Part shown: positions 1 to 10,823 of the stretch, one piece after another
Layout: each line of letters begins with the position of its first letter
Position numbering within the stretch: position 1 is the first letter of the stretch
DNA from: Tubulanus polymorphus
Lineage: Eukaryota > Animalia > Nemertea
Direction of reading: 5' to 3'
Assembly: GCF_964204645.1 (NCBI RefSeq)
Contig: NC_134033.1
Coordinates: forward strand, 14,020,655 to 14,084,654
Length of the DNA stretch: 64,000 nt
The notes under the pieces: model-generated
The model's input: only the letters and a program-made list of their open reading frames with translations
Told to the model about the DNA's origin: nothing
Databases searched by the model: none
Position numbers and translations under genes: made by a program

Positions 1-1615
1 ACTCCGTTTGTACTATCAATAGATTACATTTCACTCGAGACGAAGAGTGAAATGAAAGGTTTTCCAAAATCGTGATATTCTCAAAATTCATGCGTCCGGC
101 GTCGACTGACGATCTGCTCATCGACTCTGCGCTTGGTTACCTGTTGAACGTCTTGTCAAAAACAACCGCTAGTCATTGCCAAGGGTTACGCGCTCGTCCT
201 GTGCGACAGTTTCAGGTGAACTTTCGTACAAATACTGTTTACATTTCCTTCGGCAAACGAAAAAAATAGATCATCATCTGCCATTCTTTCCAGCATATCG
301 ATTGAACCAAAAATATGTATGCGTTTATTTGCAGAACGAAGCTTTTACGCCGATTGCCCTTTCGTAACCAATATTTGTCCATCTATTTTCATGACAGCTG
401 GGAACGAAAATAGAACGGCCTTTGTCCAAAAACTAACACACAGGCCCGATAATTCTGCTCTTCTCTAGAATTATAGTATAAACGCGAATTTCGAACCCGT
501 CGGAGGTTTTCAATCTTGCAACAACCCAACTTTCAATCAAATCTGGCTGATGTCGCGATACTGTTTTGCGGGTAGAAAAATATGGTGGTGGTTAGTGATG
601 AATTTCTGATTAAATGTCGTCATAATATTAAAAAAAGCGATGGCGATGAAACGATGACGCTAGGACCGGTGTAGGTGTTCGGGAAAGTGGAGGGTGAGAG
701 GGTGGAGAGGGTGTGTTGTTATAGGTATTAGATATGAATCTGTATGGGTTTGAAACCGACGGTGTGTTGCGGGATGTTATAGAATCGTTGTGGAAAGAAA
801 TGGAGGTATCATGAAATGAAACCTTGCTGTAGAAATTATCTCGTCAAGAAATATTCCGAAGTTTGAATGAACTTTTGCATGTTATGAGGGTAGTTAGGGC
901 TATGGAGCCGTGAATGGCCGTGGTGATGAGTTATGCGTTATGGGAGACGATATTAGGTGTATTTTGGGGTAGGTGGGTTGATATTGGGGGGTGTATTTGG
1001 GGTAGGTGGGTTGATATTGGGTGCTGCATTTGGGGTGGGTGGGTTGATATTGGATTGCAGCATTGCATTTGTTTATGGTAACAAATCAGATATTGTTGTT
1101 TGCGAGGTATTTCAATAGTAAACTATCCCACGCTACCAGCAACAGTTGTTACAAACTATAACGAGGCAGTTATATGTGCACCATTATACGAGGTACAACT
1201 GGTGTTTTCCTAGTAATATTTGATTATAAAACCTATCCCATAGGCAGGATTGTTCTGCCTTCACGATAGTTTAATGATAAGTCTTCTGACTTAAAAGTGA
1301 CTAAGTTGAGTATGCAACATTACGAAGTACAACTGGTGTTTTCCTAGTAATATTTTATCATAAAACCTATACCACAGCCTTCAAGTCTTCAGAATTAAAA
1401 GTGACTAGACCAGTAATTGGTTCTGGGCGAACTACCCCCTTTTTATAGGTTGCGTAGGACACGGATTCCTGCTGATAGAATAGGTTTTGGGCGTTAGTGA
1501 CTAAACCAGAGCTATGGGTCATCCTTGGCGAGTTCCCCTCACAGTTTACGGGAGTTGGCGACCAGAACAGATACGTTGGTTTTTCATGAAATAATGATAA
1601 TCGATTTGCATAATA

Positions 1616-1784
1616 CAGTTGAACCTCGTTTAATACGATTCTGCTCAAGACGAAACCCTGTTTATTACAATGATTTTCAGCATGTCCCAGCTGACATATT
1701 TACATCGATTAAGCTTAATACGAAATCCGTTAATGCGACAATTTCACTTTTGCCCACAAGATTCGTATTAACGAGGTTCGACTG
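1616..1784. mobile_element. pogo/Tigger (Tc1-mariner)-type MITE
   Basis: Terminal inverted repeats CAGTTGAACCTCGTTTAATACGA / TCGTATTAACGAGGTTCGACTG; TA on the left flank. Confidence 0.75.
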
Positions 1785-2465
1785 TTCTACGAAATAACCA
1801 TTGCGCTACATGCATTAAAAGGCTACAGTGGTTGTTGAATTTCCACTGGAATTCAGAGGGCTAAAATAGAGTCGAATTCTCGGTGAAATTCCCACCGAAG
1901 GTGCGCCGGATAATACAAATTATATTCGGCTCGGCAAAAACGTCTTTCACCGTCTTCAAAAACAGTTGTCTAACAAAAAAGTTAAATACCGGATAACGGT
2001 GTTTTCAATTAATTGCGAACCGGAGATCGGGTTTTTCTGAAACTCTCCGCGAGTACCGCGCATCGCTGCGGCTAAATACCGTTACAAAAAAACTCAACCA
2101 CGTGTTGTTTATTTGTTTACTGTTCATTCATTGATGTTATGTTTTCTCGTACAAAACCGACACCGACGAGTTGTAAAGAGCTCGTGTTTTTACAACCCTG
2201 TCTCGGGTACACGGTCGACATGCGAAAAAAGTACATTCGCGTGCCAACGATGTTAGTTATTGCTTCGTGGATTTTTTCACAATGAGTCTTAAGGGATTGG
2301 GGGTATTTTTTCGACGGGACCAGTCCATTCGGTCTGGTGTGTGGAGAACGTGATAAAAGAGAATTACTAGGTCTCAGGTCAGAGCAACCAGCGCAATAAC
2401 CTAATGAATATGTTGATCACATTATCCGTGATAAGACAATAAGATCCCACAACGTAGAATGAATG

Positions 2466-2655
2466 GCTAAAACGTTTTTGTTTTAAATACAGAAATATTT
2501 CTGGTGGTTTCTACCCTCATTCTTCAGTCTGAAATGACACGCCAAATAGATAAACAGTACAAAGATATGAAATGAGATACAATGGAGATTTTAGAATGAA
2601 GAAGGGTGGCAGAAACCACCCGAAATATTTCTATATTTCAAATTAACGTTTTAGT
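2466..2655. mobile_element. Inverted-repeat remnant with degenerate minimal hammerhead-like motifs (Penelope-like terminal repeat)
   Basis: Arms of about 70 bp (2466-2535 and 2588-2655) are reverse complements. Each arm carries (C/A)TGAAGA, a GGTGG...CCACC-type hairpin, then GAAA. Confidence 0.5.
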
Positions 2656-3703
2656 CTTTCTGTCGGATTTTACACCTACAATAACCTAAAGTCCACGTTT
2701 TCCAGCGAAGTGGGTCATGGCGAGCTGTCACTCTATTGAAAAGTTTTTCGGGGCTGTAAGCTCTCAACGACCCCTCCTTTTGAGGACGTAGATACCAAAA
2801 AGGGCTTCATTGCCATAAGTCCAGTTACAAACAAATCTTCTCACCAAAATATTGCGTTGATCGGATTCGGCAGCTAAAGAGTTATGAACCGTTCTGAAAA
2901 CTCGTCTTACCTCGCAAAATCCACGGCAAGATTTTATGGAATAATGGTGTAATCCTTCAAAAACACGCGAACTGTCATCGGATACTCGAGTTTCCAACAA
3001 GTGCGTTACCGTCAAACCTTCAAATACACTTTTCACCCTCGACCCAGAATGGACGTGTTTATCTGGTGTCCTCGGTAAAGACAATATCAGCACGTGTCGA
3101 TGTATTTGTGATTTGAACTGTCCGTTAAATCACTACTATTTCTTCACTGTTTGTTTCGCGACAATTAAAACCGCCACAATGAGTATTAAAACATCGCGTG
3201 GGGTGTTTACACTAACGCTAACCGTGACCAACACGTCCTTAAAGCCCTCACTTGTCGTTTATTTATGACGCGGCTTGTGACCGCTGGAAGTACCACGAAA
3301 TCTTCGCGTTGGTCGGATTTTTACTTTTACCGATGTTTACATTTGTTGAAGACTCCTTTGTGTCGATGTTGTTAAAAGATTTCCTGATCTGTCATTCTCG
3401 CTTAAGCGATGCGTGAAATTGAAGTGCCTTCGTGGCCAGTATCACAGCAGAAATAGCCTGAAATCATGATTTCGCCAGATTGTCAATTAGGCCGAACAGA
3501 TGAGCTTATAGCGCGGTCTTGGAACCGGTGTCAGAGTTACAGTTATGATCTGAAATGGTCGTAGTACACCGAACTATGGAATGAGCTCCATTTTGGAAGC
3601 GGTTCGTGGGGTTCGCCGAAAACTAGTGTTCCCACGTCGATGGGGGAGGGCAAAGTCGTCATTGGCACAACAGTCGTCTTTGGATTAAAACACACTAGTT
3701 AGT

Positions 3704-3903
3704 CAGAGCTGCCAACCGTCCTTGACTCCCAGTGTTTTATTCCTATTTTGTCCCGAAAAATACCGTATGATTAGTTTGATGCGTAATGTGAAGGATGTTA
3801 TTACGGTCTTGCCAATTGAATATTTTCTTTCATATTCCGATGACATGTCACCGAAAAAATTCACCATGTTACTGACAGCACTTAGCAGAGATTGGCAGCC
3901 CTG
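3704..3903. mobile_element. Non-autonomous TIR element (CAGAGCTGCCAA...TTGGCAGCCCTG); related copy at about 58315-58520
   Basis: Inverted termini and shared internal sequence with the 58.3-kb copy. Confidence 0.6.
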
Positions 3904-4514
3904 GTTATAGTTTCAACATTGAGATGGGACACCTCCCTGATTCCAAAATACGGCGGAAAGAGCCCCCTAAAACCACCTGTTACGAGCTAAATTCTTCCGT
4001 TACGATACCCGTTTAGGAAAAGAAATATTCAGAATAGCCATCGTTACTTACTCGAAACGCAAGATTCTTGAATCCTTATTCAATTAATCCACGCATGACT
4101 GCATTGAATTCAGCAGGTTTATAATGAAGTATATACTCCGCGGTATTCTCTATGTATCCGTGATGAGGTTTTAGACGCTGTTGCTTGTGAAAACATCTCC
4201 AGGCTGTTCATCTCCAGCCGGCGCGGTATAAAACGTTTTGCTTCGTTGCTGCTTCGCGTACCATTCTCTCCTCTCTCCCCTCTCCCCGGTCGTCGCTTAG
4301 CAACTGCCATCCCTCAGTCTCCTCGCGGTTATAATATCGTGTCGGAAATTATTAGTAACCGCATTTTTTTTTGGAGAAAAAAACATCTGATCAACCGCTG
4401 AAGATGATTAACATTAGTTAATATTAGAAGCAGGCGTAATATTAATTACGTAGTTGTGTATATATTCACGTCTGGACGTAGCTCAACAGTCGTGGTTTTA
4501 ATTCGAATTGAGCC

Positions 4515-4865
4515 CAGACTCAACTGTGGAGCTAGGTTCAGAGGAATATTGAACCCACAACTTGTGGAACTGTTTTCACCTACCTACAACTGTGGAACCA
4601 TCAACCTACAGCGCTGTGGACAGCCGGGTCCACTTCACTCAAACTGTGGAACTGGGTCCATCCCTCCTTAGCTGTCGAACTGGTTCCATCTCTTTACAGC
4701 TGTCAAACTGGGTCCACACCTCCTTACAGCTATGGAGCTGGGTCCACCTCCCTAACACTGTCGAACTGGGTCCACCCCTCCTTACAACTGTGGAATCGGG
4801 GTCCACCTCCTTACAGCTGTGGAGCTCTGTCCACCTTCCTTTATACAGCTGTGGAACTAGATCCT
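4515..4865. repeat. Degenerate minisatellite, unit about 31-32 bp (CTGTGGAACTGGGTCCACCTCCTTACAG)
   Basis: About 10 divergent tandem copies visible. Confidence 0.85.
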
Positions 4866-5148
4866 GAACTATAAGACGTCACTGTGGATTGCTGGTATGG
4901 CAGTGTCGTGTATATAGTTATGTAGGTTGATGATGAACCCTGGATATTAGATGTATACATTATTGATGTTTGTCCTCCTATTAATATCATGTGATATTAT
5001 CATATCCAATGTATTCATTAATGTCGTACTCGAAACCGTTGATATTTTTGAATTGTGTAAAGATCGTGTCTGATTTAAGTTTCGACATTTCGGCACCTGA
5101 TTTTTACATCCCCGATCGGGCGGGATCACCACACCACCTGCCGGGAAC

Positions 5149-5226
<78 letters not shown>
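5149..5226. repeat. (AAT)n microsatellite
   Basis: About 26 perfect repeats. Confidence 0.97.
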
Positions 5227-5534
5227 CTTTATTTACATTGAAATTATAACATAATATAACACTCAGTTTTATACATAATTAGATAGATATATAAATATGT
5301 TATAAAAGTTATAATATCGATGAAGGTGCCCGAGAAGCGAAATGCTTGTAAAATGGGTCATCTCAACACACTGTTACAATCACACAATCATGAGGTTTAA
5401 TTATGATATGGGAAATCGAAGTGTCGGAAGTTCATTCTTGGAAATTCGGGTCGGTTCTGCCTGTTACCCACACGTCAATTATATATTTGTTATTGTTCTA
5501 ATCAGTCTTTTTATGTGTTTTTGTTTCGTTACAG

Positions 5535-5654
5535 GATGAATCAGGTGATATGATGTACCCGGCCGATGAGCAACATGATCAGAATTTCGCCTATTTGATC
5601 ATAGACCCGTATAAACGACACGTAGCCGTGCTCTACCACAAGTTTACATCCTGA
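5535..5654 (+). CDS. CFAP300: Last coding exon of cilia- and flagella-associated protein 300 (C11orf70/DNAAF17 family); upstream exons lie outside the window
   Basis: Acceptor ttgtttcgttacag precedes a phase-0 exon encoding DESGDMMYPADEQHDQNFAYLIIDPYKRHVAVLYHKFTS*. This resembles the recalled human CFAP300 C-terminus ([34 protein letters not shown]). No other matching exon was seen in 1-5534. Confidence 0.8.
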   Translation, partial: DESGDMMYPADEQHDQNFAYLIIDPYKRHVAVLYHKFTS

Positions 5655-6286
5655 TGATCAGATATCCATCGGTGCCGCGTCCATTCGCCAGATGACTTGT
5701 TTTCACACTCAAACATTTCTAAGTTTCGGCAAAATCATCCTATTTCCGTTTGGAGCATAACAATCCGAAAAAGAAGTCTTCTGTGTACCGTACAGTGGGT
5801 GGACGAACTTTGTGGACGAACGGGAACATTTTAACTCGGTGAATCAAACCCTCATCCTAAAAATCGTCCATAGAAATGATCTGTGCTTTTTCAAAATACG
5901 TCGTGTATTTTATGTTAAATATAAGATTTATTTATTTTTCATAGTTTTATAATTCACAAAAATCGCATGTAAAATAATAAAAATAATCAATTACGAACAA
6001 TTATGAAGCAAAAGAAATTTACTTTTTTTATTATTTATCGCAGAGCAGCAGGACGGACTTATCATTGATTTCAATAGAAATAAGCAAGTATTGCATTCAG
6101 TTAAAAATCAGCGATATTTTAGTGATGGAAGAGGTTTGCATAAAACTTTTATTCGATAAAATTCACTTTGGACGGAATTTTCTTGCATAAATAACAACAA
6201 AAAATCAATCAATTCGTTAATATGTTTAACATAAGAATCATTCGGGTAAAAATTTGAAACGAAATTCACTCCAAAAAGCGAATAGT

Positions 6287-9200
6287 TTATTTCTTCTTCT
6301 TCTTGCCCTTTTTACCAGAGCCCTTCTTGCCTTTTTTACCCTTCTTGCCCTTTTTGCCTTTTTTCTTTTTGCCGTGCGGCCCGATGGCTTTACGTACCAT
6401 CATCCCGCGCCACCACGACTGCACCTAAAAACAGGAACAACAAAATCAGCATTAGTCTAATCCATATTCAGAGTCGGTACAGATCAGTAATTCCTGGATA
6501 GCAGCCTTGTTAATGGCCACCAGCCTCGTCCATCGGTATTAGATATTTTTGAAGAAATAGCCATCATTATTTACTCAAAGCAATGAATTAAACCCGAAAA
6601 AATTAAATTTTAAAGAGGATGGGTGTCAAATCTATAGTGTTGACACAATTTCAAAGGGCAACCACGATTGAAAGGAAGGGGTCCAGACCATCGAGACTAT
6701 ACTCTAAATCTGCCCATGGTGCGGTCAACCCCCGATGACCCGCCTCCCGATTAAGCACCAAATTTCGTACCCTGATACACGAGTTCAGTTCTAGAGCTTC
6801 TTGTTCCGCTTTACGTCGAGCTTTCTCTTTCTCGATACGATCATCGACGACAACTTGTTCGTATTCCTGATACTAGAAAACAAAAAATTGTGAAATGCTT
6901 GATACACGTTGCCATAGTGATGAGTCGAAGGGATGAAAATTGACATATATTGTCAGGTGGGGCACGCAATAATCCGAGGCAATCAACTACAGGGTACCAG
7001 AGTCTGTATCGTAGTATCATACAAAGTTCGGCTTTAACCCTTTCAGTGTGTCTACACCGCAGTGCGGTGTATAAATCAGTGATGGATTTTGCAAGTGCAC
7101 TGTAGTGTATTGATGTAATTAGTAATTAGTATTTATCTCTATTGAAAGATGGCAGTACACGTCAAAAATAGTTAAATACTAGTAACTAACGATACATCGC
7201 ACTATAGTGGTATTTCCGTTATTCAACACACTAGGGTAGAATTAATCAAAATTTTCAAATTATCTCCAGCACCATAGGGAATTCTTTGTTCAGCAATGAA
7301 AGGGTTAAACTTACAATTTTTGTCAGTTCTTGAAGTCGTTCTAAATCTTTCGCTTTCGAAGCGTTCAATACGTCGAGTTCGTGCTGTTTGGCTTCGACGT
7401 CCTTGTCGTATTTTTCCATCCAATGGTCGACTTTTTGTTCGAGTTCGGTTTGATGTTCTCTCAGGTACGCTTCAATCTCGGCGTTCACTCGAGTTTCTTC
7501 ATCGATCTGATTACGTAATCGCTACAAATAAACCCGTGAAATCAATCGGGGTCCCTACAGCGCAGTCATCACTTTCATATCCCAAATTTATGCAGACTCC
7601 TAAATCAGTACTGCTAATCTCGCCATTGATTCGGTTGTTTTGAAAGCATTGTCATCCTGTGCACTGCTAAACTCAGTTTCTAATTCAGTAATCACATAAT
7701 TGGGTAAAGAAAAATATCCTGGTCCCAACTGTATTGATTTAATTGTAGTCTACTGTACAACTACAGACAATAGCCTATTTCCCAAAATTGAAGGTCGGAG
7801 TTTTGGGCATCTCAACAAATTTCCCTAACTACCGGTAGCTTTTTTTTACTTTCCCCTGATCTATACTCACTTCCATTTCATCTTTCAAATCTTTCTCCGA
7901 AAGGAAACATCGTTTTTGAGTTTGAGCTACGGAGACCTCGGCGCATTTTTTGATATATTTGCCCTCCATGTTCGTCTTGGCTTTCATCTCTTGTAGCTGA
8001 TCTTTCAGATGAGCGATCATCTCATTACGATTCTGAATTTCAACTTCTTTCTCTTTCTTGACGTCGAGGATTTTTTTCTGCAGCATACGCACCCTCTTGC
8101 GACCTTCCTCTTCCCTGATCGATACAAAACAAAAAAGATTGAAAAATCTACCGGTGAAGTTTGGACCATCAGATTTTGAATGTGAGCATCTAAAATGTCT
8201 AATGTCTCGTGTTTGCAGTTCATTTTCAATTAAAAATGTCTTGGGTAAAGTTCTGAACACATGTGAAGTGTGGACGATCAGTTTCTGAAAGTGTGCTGAT
8301 AAAATGTCTAATGTCCGGTGTTAGTAGTTCATTTGCAATAAGAAATGTCTCAGGTGAAGCACTGAACACATGTGAAGTGTGGACGATCAGTTCCTGAAAG
8401 TGTGCTGATAAAATGTCTAATATCTGGTGTTTGTAGTTCATTTGCAATAAGAAATGTCTCAGAAAAATTCTGCACACGTGTAAGTGGCGGATCGATGCCT
8501 GTACAAGTTCAAGTTGCACCCATACTCACTTTAGAATCGTGCTCTGTAATTGTTGCTTTTTAGATTTTTCTTGTTTCACCGCGTCCAGTAACGTGTTGTA
8601 TTTCCCTTCTTGCATAATTTCAGCCAATGTTCCCGAAACGACGCTCTCTAAAAATCCTCTGAAACAAATCAAAACGATGTCCTTAAATCTAAGAGATCAT
8701 TAGGTGATATCTAAATGGATGGTTCTGTCAGAAGGGGTGATTCCAGGCAGCGCGGAAGGAATGTTTTTTTGCAAACTTTGTCAAATTCCCCGAGTTGTCC
8801 CTGATTTTTTCCAAGACTTTTCTCATTCCCTGAATTTTCCAAGTTTTCTTCGTTTATCAGATCAATGGCCATTTAGAGATAGTCAAAACCATCGAATCTT
8901 TGAATCTTCAAGTTTTGATTTAAAAAGGAAATTTAGTTTTGAATCTTTTAAAAGAAAGTTTTGAAAGATTTCAATCATATTTCTACAAGGTAGCTTCACT
9001 CACCGATCACTTTGTATTTTCGATAGATTATCCGTAGTCAGCGGACTCTGTTTCATGCCTCGAGCGTGCGTGTATGTACTGCTGCGTAGATCACCCCCGA
9101 TCTGTTTAATATCCGTCTCCGCCGCGCCCATCTTCGACATTCCGCCCGGTTCCAGTTTCATTTTCTGTTTGTTCGATAAAACCTGTTCGAATTTCGCCTC

Positions 9201-9838
9201 GAGTTGACGCTGACTGTCGACCAGACGACTGATTTCGTTCGTTACAATCTGTAATTAATACAATATTTAATGAAACCCATCAAATTATGCTGATCAATTT
9301 CCAAACCCTGCCCAGAGATCTAGGCTACGCTACTTGAGGCATCATAGTACAAAGGGAAAGTGTTAATTTTAGTTTAAATGTTCATGTCTCATGATCTGTA
9401 CAAACCGGTTATACTAAACACTGTACCGACTATTGATGATGGTCTTTCTTTCTGTATCCATCTGGATCACTTTGGATTGATACCTCAGAAACATTCCCAA
9501 TTGCAATGATTTCATAAGCCTAAGACTTTCCTTTTCAAATTAGCTTGCGACCTGTTAAAGTCAGCCCATGCGCCAGCGAATGAACTTTTTAAAACTTTTC
9601 CTTCGTTGTAGCATTTTGACTACCGGGTACGTCATAGGGAGAAGGGCCATCTTTATAAGTGGTCCCCATAATAGATTTTGAGATCAACCTCAACCCATTT
9701 GCGACTGACTCTTACCTCATCTACATCTCTACCCTCGAATGTAACGGGCATTATATTACCGAGAATGTTTAACTGATCGACGCAATCCTCGAGAATCGAG
9801 GACACGTAAATCGCGTCACATCCGCGCAACGAAGACAT
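6287..9838 (-). CDS. IQCG: Dynein regulatory complex subunit 9 / IQ domain-containing protein G (395 aa, 7 coding exons)
   Basis: Exons 9838-9716, 9248-9004, 8658-8530, 8114-7871, 7521-7315, 6872-6771, 6424-6287; all GT-AG, 1188 nt in frame. Long coiled coil ([39 protein letters not shown]), C-terminal IQ motif ([15 protein letters not shown]) and KKGK-rich tail typical of DRC9. Confidence 0.92.
7038..7304. mobile_element. piggyBac-type MITE in an IQCG intron; second copy at about 37959-38225
   Basis: TTAA target duplication at 7034-7037 and 7305-7308; termini CCCTTTCAGTG / CAATGAAAGGG; internal sequence shared with the 38-kb copy. Confidence 0.85.
8150..8490. repeat. Three tandem copies of a unit of about 110 bp in an IQCG intron; dispersed relative at about 59575-59690
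   Basis: Recurrent GTGAAGTGTGGACGATCAG...GTGTGCTGATAAAATGTCTAAT...GTAGTTCATTTGCAATAAGAAATGTCTC. Confidence 0.85.
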
Positions 9839-10020
9839 CTCAAAAACTGAAGAAAAAAAAACATGAAACGTTTGTTGTTTGTTTGTTGTTGAAATTGAAT
9901 TTTTTTAGATGTTTCAAGTTCAAAAGTTGGTATTCACTATTCTGATTCGGTACTACTGGTGGTGCTGTGGTGTAGATCTAAAACAATTCATCCATAGACC
10001 TTTAAATCAGCCCCTCTTAC

Positions 10021-10153
10021 CCTGAGAAACGTAGCAATTCTTCAGCAAACTGATTTTTTCCACCCCTATTACACTACTTCTAACTACTACAACACCGCCG
10101 CCATTTTGTAACATGCACAACACATGCCACGCATGTAAGCGTTGCCTAGCGAC
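10021..10153 (-). promoter_or_regulatory. IQCG promoter and non-coding first exon with RFX X-box and YY1 motif
   Basis: X-box GTTGCCTAGCGAC at 10141-10153; YY1-type CAAAATGGCGGC on the minus strand near 10100; minus-strand donor AGG|GTAAG at 10021/10020; acceptor at 9847/9846 just before the ATG. RFX boxes are characteristic of ciliary gene promoters. Confidence 0.65.
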
Positions 10154-10528
10154 ACATGTGCCTTGCTCGAGACAGATATCGGAACTTCTCGCCTCGCGAC
10201 TACCACTCTCTAACACAAATTTTTCTGATTAGTCATGATTTATTATTCTGTTATCCCTTTCTTCCTTAAAATAGCTACCATTTCGAGAAATATAATCTTC
10301 ATTTAATTGAATTGCTCCGAACCGGAGTACCCCTAAATACCGACAAAACCCCTTGAAACAAAAAAAGTTTAGAAACCTTTGGTCAATAAAAGGAAACCTT
10401 TGGTAAATAACAAAAAAAAACTTCTTATCGGTATTTTCTATCGGGGGTTTTAGTCGGTTTATGAGACAGTTTCAGGCGGTTTGTGTCGGTAGTTAGGACT
10501 GCCTGTTATTACCCATAACTCCCCGCAT

Positions 10529-10567
10529 CTTCCTCTTTCAGAAATTCTATTTCCTGTTTCTACTCAG
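10529..10567 (+). promoter_or_regulatory. RPL35A TCT/5'-TOP start and non-coding exon 1
   Basis: Pyrimidine tract CTTCCTCTTTC at 10529, typical of ribosomal-protein TCT initiators; donor CAG|GTACGA at 10567/10568; next acceptor ttttacag ends at 10808. Confidence 0.7.
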
Positions 10568-10823
10568 GTACGAAATTATCGCTTTATAGCATGATCTATG
10601 GCCTAACTATCAAAAATAAAACAAAACGAATCTCCTATATGATTAGAACGAGATGTTTTCTTTCGAATTATGTGAGAATTATTGTCCGATGGTCGCTGAT
10701 AAGTTTTGAGACGACCGATATTAGTTCCGTACAACATGTACCTTGGGCTTTTCCGTAATACTTCCTTCAGGGCCGGTGTTTGCAACAACTATTTTATTTT
10801 TTTTACAGTAACGGTAGATCAAC

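Noticed and set aside
2764-3093. 109-aa minus-strand ORF
   Set aside because: No recognisable motif and a non-ATG start; more likely a non-coding exon or intron sequence.
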